Shown piece after piece: positions 8,830-16,566 of a DNA stretch of 64,000 bases. A model generated the notes under the pieces. That model was not told the origin of the DNA. It worked only from the letters and a program-made list of their open reading frames with translations, and made no database searches. The stretch covers positions 31,990 to 95,989 of the forward strand of contig JAJPKA010000017.1 of NCBI GenBank assembly GCA_021323945.1, in the 5' to 3' direction. The position numbers and the translations under genes are program-made. The stretch comes from Pseudomonadota bacterium (GTDB lineage: Bacteria; Desulfobacterota; Binatia; Binatales; Binataceae). The first letter of the stretch is position 1. Every line of letters starts with the position of its first letter.

Positions 8830-10089
8830 CTATGCGGCACCAGCCAGCGACCTGCGGCCGTTAAGCTGCTCGAATAGGGCATCGAATTCCCTAAGCCGCG
8901 CTTCGATTACGTAGGGCTGGGTTATCGCATTACCGACCGCCTCCAGCGTCTTGTATCCATTGCCAGTTATCGATACTACCACGGTTTCGTCACCATTTAT
9001 GCGCTTCTGGGCGAGCAGTTTGATGGTGACAGCCAGGGTAGTACCTCCGGCCGGTTCAGCGAAGACCCCTTCGGTGCGTGCCAGCAATTTTATCGCTTCA
9101 ATGATCTCCGAATCCGAGGCGACCTCTCCCCATCCCCGTGATTCACGTACGGCGCGCAGCACATAGAAGCCATCGGCCGGGTTTCCGATGGCGATCGACT
9201 TGGCGATAGTGTTGGGTTTGACCGGTGTGATCAGGTCCGCGCCCTTATGCAGGGCCTGAATGACGGGTGCAGCGCCGGCGGCCTGAGCACAATGCACCCG
9301 GCACTCGCCCTCACTAATCAGCCCGACTTCCTTCAATTCACGAAAAGCCTTTGCGACTTTGGGCAGGATCGTTCCGCCCGCTGTCGGCAGTACGATATGT
9401 TGCGGTAGCCGCCAACCGAGCTGTTCCGCCACTTCGAAGCCAAAGGTCTTGGCCCCCTCCGTATAATAGGGGCGCAGGTTGATGTTGACGAACGCCCAGC
9501 CGTACTTGTCCGCAATTTCGCTGCATAGCCGGTTGACGTCATCGTAATTACCCCGGATTATAACGACCTGCGCGCCATAGATCGTCGAACCCACTATTTT
9601 GCCGGCTTCAACCCCTTCCGGCATAAAAATCACGCATTGGAGGCCGGCGCGCGCCGCATGAGCCGCCACCGCTGTGGCCAGGTTGCCAGTCGAGGCGCAC
9701 GACACGGTCTTAAAACCAAATTCGCGTGCTTTGCTGATTGCGACTGAAACGACGCGGTCTTTATAGGACAGAGTCGGATGGTTAACGGTATCATCTTTGA
9801 TGTAGAGATTTCTGATTCCAAGTTCGGCACCAAGCCGCTCGACCTTCAGAAGCGGTGTAAAGCCCGAGTTAGGCCCGATTTGGGGTGGTGCATCGACCGG
9901 CAACAATTCGAGATAGCGCCAAAGATTATGCGGCCTCTGCTCGATCGCCGCAGGAGAAACCGCCTTCCTGATGGCAGCATAGTCATAGGCCACCTCTAGT
10001 GGCCCGAAGCAAGTCTCGCAGACGTGTAACGGACTTATCGGATAATCCTGCCCGCACTCGCGGCACTTCAAACCCGTAACGTAACTCAT
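8830..10089 (-). CDS. Threonine-synthase-family PLP enzyme with an N-terminal zinc ribbon (candidate MetM-like O-phosphohomoserine sulfhydrylase)
   Basis: CRECG..x..CETC ribbon, NHPTLSYKDRV (PLP lysine), CASTGNLA and 419 aa. The family assignment is confident. The MetM-like role is inferred from context (carrier gene next door, SAM riboswitch upstream). Confidence 0.8.
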   Translation of the reverse strand: MSYVTGLKCRECGQDYPISPLHVCETCFGPLEVAYDYAAIRKAVSPAAIEQRPHNLWRYLELLPVDAPPQIGPNSGFTPLLKVERLGAELGIRNLYIKDDTVNHPTLSYKDRVVSVAISKAREFGFKTVSCASTGNLATAVAAHAARAGLQCVIFMPEGVEAGKIVGSTIYGAQVVIIRGNYDDVNRLCSEIADKYGWAFVNINLRPYYTEGAKTFGFEVAEQLGWRLPQHIVLPTAGGTILPKVAKAFRELKEVGLISEGECRVHCAQAAGAAPVIQALHKGADLITPVKPNTIAKSIAIGNPADGFYVLRAVRESRGWGEVASDSEIIEAIKLLARTEGVFAEPAGGTTLAVTIKLLAQKRINGDETVVVSITGNGYKTLEAVGNAITQPYVIEARLREFDALFEQLNGRRSLAGAA

Positions 10090-10116
10090 CGTTTGCCCAA
10101 CCTGTTTCCTCTGCGG

Positions 10117-10848
10117 CTAATCAAGCGGCGCCTTGGTCATTACCTTGTCTGCGGCACCACATCTGCATCCCGGTCGCGCGGCTATCGGTGTCAGCCTAAT
10201 GCCTCCTGTTGCGCTGGCATCATAAGTTAGCATCCTGCCGGCGAGTGCTGGCATTTTGCCCGCGAGGCAGCAGAGAGCCTCGGCCGCCTCGACTTCACCA
10301 ATCGCTCCAGCGACTGGCCCGATAATGCCGGCGTCGCGGCACGAAGCGATTTCATCGTCCTCGGGTGGTTCCTCGAAAAGGCATCGCAGGCATGCACTGT
10401 ATCCCGGCAACACCGTCATCGCTTGTCCGGTCATGCCGAGTACACCGCCATAACAGAAGGGGCGCCCCAGCGCTACGCAGATATCATTTATCAGAAACTT
10501 CGTAAGCGGATTGTCCGTCGCATCGATTGTGAAATCGTACTGGTCGATTATCGACTCTGCGTTCGTCAGGTTCAGCCCAGAATGGTAAGACTGGATTTCT
10601 ACCTGATCGCTGATCCTTCGAAGATGACGCTTGGCCGCGCTGACCTTCGGCTGCTCCAAATCGGCAACCGTGTAGAGCACCTGCCGATGAAGGTTGGAGA
10701 GTTCTATGGGGTCAGGATCGATCAGACCAAGGCGACCGACCCCGGCACGAACCGCGGCGACCGCGGCGGGCACACCAAGTCCCCCGAGTCCTACGATTAG
10801 AATGCCGGCTCGAACCTGATTAATCGGTCTCGGCACATGGGTCGTCAC
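10117..10848 (-). CDS. MoeB/ThiF-type adenylyltransferase (E1-like), with a short N-terminus lacking the RYxRQ motif and no rhodanese domain
   Basis: ILIVGLGGLGVPAA, LIDPDPIELSNLHRQ, IDATDNPLTKFLIND, and the Cys pairs CLRC and CRC. The GTG start at 10848 lies just downstream of the riboswitch terminator, so the N-terminus cannot extend further. Confidence 0.85.
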   Translation of the reverse strand: MTTHVPRPINQVRAGILIVGLGGLGVPAAVAAVRAGVGRLGLIDPDPIELSNLHRQVLYTVADLEQPKVSAAKRHLRRISDQVEIQSYHSGLNLTNAESIIDQYDFTIDATDNPLTKFLINDICVALGRPFCYGGVLGMTGQAMTVLPGYSACLRCLFEEPPEDDEIASCRDAGIIGPVAGAIGEVEAAEALCCLAGKMPALAGRMLTYDASATGGIRLTPIAARPGCRCGAADKVMTKAPLD

Positions 10849-10880
10849 TTTTTGGCTCTCATTAAAATAAAACCAAAATT

Positions 10881-10914
10881 AAAAAACCCTCGCCGTCGAT
10901 ATGGCGAGGGTTTT
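10881..10914 (-). terminator. Intrinsic terminator (expression platform of the SAM-I riboswitch)
   Basis: The minus strand reads AAAACCCUCGCC-AUAUCGAC-GGCGAGGGUUUUUU. This is a perfect 8-bp GC-rich stem, an 8-nt loop and a U6 tract. Confidence 0.8.
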
Positions 10915-10927
10915 ACGTTTACACTCG

Positions 10928-11040
10928 CCTTATCTTTCAGGGTCTCCGTAAAGGGGCCCCGCAGGAGTTAGCACCAGCACCTTGCGCAGGCCGGTTGCTG
11001 CGGCATCACCGGGCCAGTCCCTCCGCCGCTCTGGATAAGG
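10928..11040 (-). promoter_or_regulatory. SAM-I (S-box) riboswitch
   Basis: The minus strand reads CCUUAUCCAGAGCGGCGGAGGGACUGGCCCGGUGAUGCCGCAGCAACCGGCC...AAGGUGCUGGUGCUAACUCCUGCGG...CCUGAAAGAUAAGG. The conserved S-box blocks appear in canonical order and P1 closes as CCUUAUC/GAUAAGG. Confidence 0.85.
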
Positions 11041-11311
11041 TCGTAAAGTTCTGAACACTCACACTGATACAGGCCGTGCCGCGTGTCAAGCCGACCATTC
11101 GGTCAGCCTTAGGAGGCGATTCGAACTCCAATAGTGAAATGAGGTTCTTGCGAGACTGCAATTGGCTCGTCTTGAACATTCGGGCTCGAGGAACCTTCGC
11201 CAGATTTGCACTATTTGGTTGCTTGCGGTCGCTGGGGCGAGGGTGCTTTAAAGGGCTGAACACTTCGGTATTCGGGCACTGCCCGCATGACTTTGCTCGA
11301 TGGAGGGCGAA

Positions 11312-12220
11312 ATGCGTATCGGATTCATTGGATTGGGCAACATGGGCGGGCCAATGGCTCTCAACCTCATCAAGGCCGGCCATTCACTGGTAGTTAACGA
11401 TATTCGCCGCGAAATGGCCGAGCCCCATCTCGCCGCCGGTGCACAATGGGGCGACACGCCAGCTGACGTGGCGCGCGACGCTGAATTAGTGCTGACCTCG
11501 CTCCCTGGCCCCAAAGAGGTTGAGCAAGTTTGCTTGGGAGGTGAAAACGGCATCATTCATGGCATCCGCAAAGGGGCTGTTTATGCTGATCTTTCAACCA
11601 ATTCACCTACGGTGGTCCGCCGGTTACACGCGATCTTTGCTGAAAAGGGAATCGCAATGCTTGATACCCCGGTCAGCGGCGGTACTCCGGGCGCGCGAGC
11701 CGGTACGCTTTCGATAATGGTCGGAGGCGATGAGGCCACCTACAACCGGATCAAACCTGCCCTCGATAATCTTGGCGACAAGGTGGCTTATTATGGCCCG
11801 ATCGGTGCAGGGACGGTGGTCAAATTAGTCCACAACATGATCGGCATCTGTACGCTCCAACTGCTCGCTGAAGGATTTACTTTGGGCGTCAAAGCGGGTG
11901 TATCACCCCAGGCTTTACTTACTGGCGTCCAGAATGGCGCTTATGGGCAAGGGCTGTTTCTCAAGGCAACGATGCCACGGATGATCTTCAGAGGGAACTT
12001 CGATCACGTGACCTTCGCCCTTAAGCTGGCACGCAAAGATGTCGGTCTGGCCACCGAACTGGGACGTGAGATTGGCGTGCCATTGCCGATCGCCAATCTG
12101 GTCGAGCAAGATTTGCTAGAAGCCCTTGTCCATGGCTTGGCAGAGAAGGATTCGACCGTGGCGTTCACCGTTCAAGAGCAGCGAGCTGGTGTCCAGGTTC
12201 GGGACAACGTCAAGCGCTAA
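11312..12220 (+). CDS. NAD(P)-dependent oxidoreductase, 3-hydroxyisobutyrate / 6-phosphogluconate dehydrogenase-like family
   Basis: MRIGFIGLGNMGGPMALNL, DTPVSGG and KLVHNM. ATG at 11312 lies 5 nt after GGAGGG. The track ORF starts at 11300. Confidence 0.85.
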   Translation: MRIGFIGLGNMGGPMALNLIKAGHSLVVNDIRREMAEPHLAAGAQWGDTPADVARDAELVLTSLPGPKEVEQVCLGGENGIIHGIRKGAVYADLSTNSPTVVRRLHAIFAEKGIAMLDTPVSGGTPGARAGTLSIMVGGDEATYNRIKPALDNLGDKVAYYGPIGAGTVVKLVHNMIGICTLQLLAEGFTLGVKAGVSPQALLTGVQNGAYGQGLFLKATMPRMIFRGNFDHVTFALKLARKDVGLATELGREIGVPLPIANLVEQDLLEALVHGLAEKDSTVAFTVQEQRAGVQVRDNVKR

Positions 12221-12278
12221 TGTTGCGTGCGGAATTGGCGCCGCCAAGTACCATCAAAATGGAAGCGGAGGACAGCAG

Positions 12279-12653
12279 ATGGCCGACGATCTACAACGCA
12301 AGGGAATGGAACTGCGAAGCCGACTTTTCGGTGAGAAAGCCGCTCAAGCTGGCCACCAGTATTTGAAAGAATTCGACGAAGATTTCGCCAATTTTCTTAA
12401 TGAACAGGTGTTTGGCTCGATCTGGACTCGACCGGGATTGGAGACCAGGACCCGCTCGTTCATTACGATGGCGGCGCTGATGGCGTTGGGGCGGACTCCC
12501 GAATTAAAAATTCATATGCGCGGTGCACTGAACCTCGGCATTAGCAAAGATGAGATTAAGGAATTGATAATCCATCTCTCGCAGTATAGTGGTGTACCGA
12601 CTGCAGTAGAGGCTATTCGTACATTGCGCGAAGTGACCGAGCCCAGAAAGTAG
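12279..12653 (+). CDS. Carboxymuconolactone decarboxylase (CMD/AhpD-like) family protein
   Basis: FANFLNEQVFGSIWTRPGLETRTRSFITMAALMALGR..ELKIHMRGALNLGISKDEIKELIIHLSQYSGVPTAVEA is typical of gamma-CMD. ATG at 12279 follows GGAAGCGGAGGA. The upstream part of the track ORF overlaps the previous gene. Confidence 0.8.
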   Translation: MADDLQRKGMELRSRLFGEKAAQAGHQYLKEFDEDFANFLNEQVFGSIWTRPGLETRTRSFITMAALMALGRTPELKIHMRGALNLGISKDEIKELIIHLSQYSGVPTAVEAIRTLREVTEPRK

Positions 12654-12775
12654 CCGTCAGTGGGCGAGGTCGACGAGCCGAGGCAGAACGAAGCCGCCTG
12701 ACGAATTCCCTCCAGTCAGTTTTGCGCGAAGTAATTAGTTCTCAGTGCAAGGCTCGATACGAGAAGAGACCGGAT

Positions 12776-12834
12776 GATCGGAGATTTGGCCTTTAACTTG
12801 TCGAATGCAGGAAGCGATGGGCTAATCTCCGATC
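12776..12834. repeat. Perfect 11-bp inverted repeat (GATCGGAGATT ... AATCTCCGATC) with a 37-nt spacer, between convergent genes
   Basis: Read directly from the sequence at 12776-12786 and 12824-12834. There is no adjacent T-tract, so a terminator role is uncertain. Confidence 0.5.
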
Positions 12835-12841
12835 TCCTGGT

Positions 12842-14044
12842 TCAGTTGAGTTCCTTACTGCTGTATCCGAGGATGCGACGAGCGATTATGAGCAGATTGA
12901 TCTGCTGAGTACCCTCAAAGATGTCGTTAATCTTTGCGTCTCGCATCCATTTCTCGACCAGTTCCTTGCGCGAATAACCCAACGGTCCAAGTAGCTCGAC
13001 CGCTTTTTGGGTAATCAGAGTGACTACACGGCCAGCTTTGGCTTTGGCCATCGAAGCTTCAAGACTGTTGCGCAGGCCGGCGTCGAGCATCCAGGCCGCC
13101 CGCCAGGTGAGCAGGCGGGCCGCCTTCAGCTGGGTCTCCATCTCAATGAAATCGCGCTCGATGGCAGTCTGCCGACGAGTCGAAATGCCGTAACGCACGG
13201 GGACATTATTTCGCTGAAAGAATTCGCGCACGAAATCCAAAGCCGCGCGGCCGACTCCAATCGCCATTGCGGCAACGATGGGACGCGTGGCGTCAAACGT
13301 CGCCATAACGTCCTTGAAACCACCTTCAGGGGTGACTTCCGGGCTGCCAAGCAGATGATCCAACGGCACTCGGCAATCCTCGAAGGACAACATTGCGGTA
13401 TCCGAAGCCCGAATACCGAGCTTGTTTTCAACTCGGACGACGGTCATTCCCGGGGTGTTGTGCTCAACCACAAAGGGCTTGATACCGGCTCGTCCCGCAT
13501 TCCGATCCACCGAGGCCCAAACAACGACGAAACCTTCCGATTTTTCCGCTGACATCAGACCCGCGGTACAGAAAATCTTGGTCCCGTTAATCACCCAGTG
13601 GTCGCCCTCACGCCTTGCAGTAGTCGATATGGCTGCCGAATCCGAACCACATCCGGGCTCGGTAATAGCCATTGCGGCCCATTTCGGCTTTCCGTCACGA
13701 AAGCGGCTGAGGAATCGGGCCCTCTGCTCGGGGGTGCCAGCCGCGGCGACCGCGGCTCCGCCTAAACCCGGATTGGGGATCGAGAGAAACAGGCCGGCGT
13801 CGCCCCAGCATAATTCTTCGGTCGTCAGGCAAGTAAAGAGATTTCGCGCGCTGGCCGGTGGCGGTTCAACCCCCTGCGCGCTTCGATTGCGCGAGGCCGA
13901 CCAAATCGCATTCCAGAACTCCCACGGTTCCTCGTGTTCATGCTCATCATATCGCCTCGAGATCGGGCGCATCAGGTTTTCGGCCGTAGCGTGATAGACG
14001 CTCAGTAACTTCACGATTTGAGGCTCTAATTCGAAGTCAATCAC
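12842..14044 (-). CDS. Acyl-CoA dehydrogenase (canonical FAD-binding subunit)
   Basis: AMAITEPGCGSDSAAI, DHWVINGTKIFCTAG and RDAKINDIFEGTQQINLLIIAR (catalytic Glu context). 400 aa. Confidence 0.85.
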   Translation of the reverse strand: MIDFELEPQIVKLLSVYHATAENLMRPISRRYDEHEHEEPWEFWNAIWSASRNRSAQGVEPPPASARNLFTCLTTEELCWGDAGLFLSIPNPGLGGAAVAAAGTPEQRARFLSRFRDGKPKWAAMAITEPGCGSDSAAISTTARREGDHWVINGTKIFCTAGLMSAEKSEGFVVVWASVDRNAGRAGIKPFVVEHNTPGMTVVRVENKLGIRASDTAMLSFEDCRVPLDHLLGSPEVTPEGGFKDVMATFDATRPIVAAMAIGVGRAALDFVREFFQRNNVPVRYGISTRRQTAIERDFIEMETQLKAARLLTWRAAWMLDAGLRNSLEASMAKAKAGRVVTLITQKAVELLGPLGYSRKELVEKWMRDAKINDIFEGTQQINLLIIARRILGYSSKELN

Positions 14045-14069
14045 TGTTTCCCCTCAAGATCCTCAGGGG

Positions 14070-15179
14070 TCAGACTATGGCCACCCCCTCGATCACCCCA
14101 AATAAGCGCGCATTGCGCAACCACATCTCGACCGGATGTTCCCGAATGTAACCATGACCGCCCAGAACCTGGACGGCGTTATCGGCGACCGTTAATGCGG
14201 CGGAGGCAGCGTAGTTGCGGGCCTGGGAACTCTCCTTGAGGGCATCGAGGCCTTTGTCGAGCCACGAGGCTGCCTCCCATGTCAGAAGCCGCATCGCGTC
14301 GATCTCGATTGCCATGTCAGCCAACATGAAAGCGATTGCCTGCTTGGTAGCTATAGGCACCCCGAAGGCCTTTCGCTCTTTTGCATAATCACGTGCATAT
14401 TCGAAGGCGGCACGCGCAACCCCGACGGCCATCGCCGACATCGCGACGCGTGACTCGCTGAGGAGTCGGGCAAAGTTAATCCCGCGTTCGCCACCGAGTC
14501 GGTTTTCGCTCGTCACTCGGCAGTGCTCGAACAATACTTCATAGGTGGCGACAGCCTTGAGACCCATGTGCTTCTCACGCTCCGAAATCCTTACGCCTTC
14601 GGCGTTGCGCGGGACCAGAAAAGCCTCGACAGGAGATAACCCATCCTTTGTGCTGGCCGACACATACGTTAGGAGGGTTTCCGACTCCATCGCTAGCGGC
14701 ACGCAGCACTTCACCCCGGTTATGACATAATCTCCGCCGGATCGAAGAACGGTGGTTCTCATTTCAACCGGGTCAAAATCAAAGTAGGGTTCCATCAGCG
14801 CCGCTGTGGCGGCGACGAATTGGTCACCGGCCAGGGGTGATAGGCAGCGATGCTGCTGTTCCTCGGTCCCCATTTCAAGCACTGGAAAAGCAAGCAGCCG
14901 GGGAGCGAGCGCGTGCACTGCGAAAGAGAGATCGCCATAGGCCAGTTCCTCGGCGACTATAGCTCCGGTCACGGCGATTCGGGGATCTCCGTAGCCTCCC
15001 ACGTTCTCGGGCAGGCAACCGCGTACCAGGCCTAGATCCCAGGCCTTACTCAGGAGCTCGAAAGGGATTACGCCCGTTTCATCGCTGGCGCGCGCCGCTG
15101 GTCGGACTTCGTTCCCGGCGAACCCGGCGACCGTGTCGCGCACCATTTTCTGTTCGTCACTGAGTTCGAAGCTAATCAT
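14070..15179 (-). CDS. Acyl-CoA dehydrogenase family protein with degenerate FAD and substrate motifs (possible beta subunit of a heteromeric ACAD)
   Basis: The ACAD fold is evident (ELSDEQKMVRDTV.., GGHGYIREHPVEMWLRNARLFGVIEG). The TEPxxGSD motif reads LMEPYFDFD, and the WITNG-like motif reads YVITGVKCCV. It lies 25 nt upstream of the canonical ACAD. Confidence 0.75.
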   Translation of the reverse strand: MISFELSDEQKMVRDTVAGFAGNEVRPAARASDETGVIPFELLSKAWDLGLVRGCLPENVGGYGDPRIAVTGAIVAEELAYGDLSFAVHALAPRLLAFPVLEMGTEEQQHRCLSPLAGDQFVAATAALMEPYFDFDPVEMRTTVLRSGGDYVITGVKCCVPLAMESETLLTYVSASTKDGLSPVEAFLVPRNAEGVRISEREKHMGLKAVATYEVLFEHCRVTSENRLGGERGINFARLLSESRVAMSAMAVGVARAAFEYARDYAKERKAFGVPIATKQAIAFMLADMAIEIDAMRLLTWEAASWLDKGLDALKESSQARNYAASAALTVADNAVQVLGGHGYIREHPVEMWLRNARLFGVIEGVAIV

Positions 15180-15348
15180 GCAAACCAGCCTTATGCTTGA
15201 AGATGGCTACCTCAGAACTCGCTTCTGCGCAAAAGCTGATGTTCGCGAGCGCGCTTGTACCTCCGCTTGTCCTCACGGACTTTAATGGGTGGTGGTAGAG
15301 GCTTGCGAAGCTTCCGAACAAGGGCACCCTTTGAAATGGAGATAGCGT

Positions 15349-16176
15349 TTAGTTTTCCGCGAGCCATGAGTTGGTTTGCTTCCGCCAGCCGATAAAACTC
15401 ATTTGCAGACCGGTAGCTGCCCCGGCAGCCGCGCGTCGGGAAAAGAAGCGATCCGAGTTGCACCGCGTACAGGGGCCTACGTCTATGATTAAGTGCGAGG
15501 GGATTCCTGCGTCTGCCAGTTGCGAGCGGATTATTGCACGTAAGTTCAGGTAATCTTTGCCTGTGGCTCCCGAGCGGCGAAATCTCTTCGCGGCTGGTAG
15601 CTGCGCAACAAACGTGTCGGCGAGCGTCCTATCTACCTCGAAACAGCAGGCCCCGATCGCTGGCCCCAGAGCGACATGAGTTCGCTCAACGCTCGCGCCC
15701 AGCGCGACCATCGCTGCCAGGCCCCGAGTCGCGATGCCGGCCAGCACACCCCGCCAACCCGCGTGAAGTGCGCCGACCACCGCGGCTTTCGGATCGACCA
15801 TCAGAATCGGCACGCAGTCGGCGGTGAAGACAGCGAGCACGATCCCCAAGGCCTTTGTCACCATTCCATCGCCCGTGCTGCGCTCAGCCTGATTCGAGCT
15901 CGCGATCTGGTGCACCTGGTTTCCGTGAACTTGCTGCACTCGAGCAACCTGTACCCCGGGATAAGCCGAGTGCCAGCGGGACCAATTCGCCCTGACAGCC
16001 GCAGGATCGTCGCCGACATGCTCGGCGAGATTGAATGAGCTGTAGGCTCCTGTACTGACTCCACCTTGGCGAGTCATGAACCCGTGTACGAGGTCACGAA
16101 AGTCCCAGGCGCGGAGAATAGGAAGCGGGGGATGGGTGTTCGTGGCGTCGCTGCTGGGTTTCTGGGCCAAGGCCAT
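15349..16176 (-). CDS. pgeF: Laccase-domain protein of the YfiH/PgeF family (peptidoglycan editing factor / purine nucleoside phosphorylase)
   Basis: QVHGNQV, DGMVT, FTADCVPI, HAGWRG and CTRCNSDRFFSRR are the family hallmarks. Confidence 0.85.
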   Translation of the reverse strand: MALAQKPSSDATNTHPPLPILRAWDFRDLVHGFMTRQGGVSTGAYSSFNLAEHVGDDPAAVRANWSRWHSAYPGVQVARVQQVHGNQVHQIASSNQAERSTGDGMVTKALGIVLAVFTADCVPILMVDPKAAVVGALHAGWRGVLAGIATRGLAAMVALGASVERTHVALGPAIGACCFEVDRTLADTFVAQLPAAKRFRRSGATGKDYLNLRAIIRSQLADAGIPSHLIIDVGPCTRCNSDRFFSRRAAAGAATGLQMSFIGWRKQTNSWLAEN

Positions 16177-16241
16177 TTCTTAATACTTGCCATCCAAAGT
16201 ATAATCTACTGCGCTAATCTTGTCTGCGTGGATTCTAGGGT

Positions 16242-16463
16242 ATGAACGGCTATCAGTACCTCGTGCAGCGAAACCGTTTGATGTGGCAACTCGAGGACGA
16301 GCTCAAGAAGATCGAACATCTGCCCCAGGACGAACGACTCGCTGCGACTCAGCGGCTGGAGGCCCAGTTTGACATAAAACTCCGCGAGCTTTACGCCCAA
16401 GTGGCGTCAGAATATCCAGGGGAACGCAAGATTAGAGCGCGACCGCTGAACGACCCGCGTTAG
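16242..16463 (+). CDS. Hypothetical small charged (coiled-coil-like) protein
   Basis: 73-aa ORF in an otherwise empty gap. An equally long antisense ORF exists (16206-16400), there is no recognisable family, and the RBS is weak. Confidence 0.3.
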   Translation: MNGYQYLVQRNRLMWQLEDELKKIEHLPQDERLAATQRLEAQFDIKLRELYAQVASEYPGERKIRARPLNDPR

Positions 16464-16566
16464 CTGGCGCGCGGTAGCATAGCTACCCCGCTCGCGGTCA
16501 TGGAACGCGACGATTTAAGGAGACGCCCGGCCTGCGGCTCGGATCGCTGATCGATGGTTAGAAAGG

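Noticed and set aside
13007-13994. Long plus-strand ORFs (13007-13552 and 13422-13994) inside the acyl-CoA dehydrogenase gene
   Set aside because: They are antisense shadow ORFs typical of high-GC DNA. Their translations are Arg/Ser/Pro/Gly-rich with no motifs, while the minus-strand frame has clear ACAD motifs.
15212-15367. A small, very basic ORF (MARGKLNAISISKGALVRKLRKPLPPPIKVREDKRRYKRAREHQLLRRSEF) between the ACAD and pgeF genes
   Set aside because: It fills the 169-nt gap but overlaps the pgeF 3' end. It has no recognisable family and no clear RBS. I cannot support it as a gene from sequence alone.
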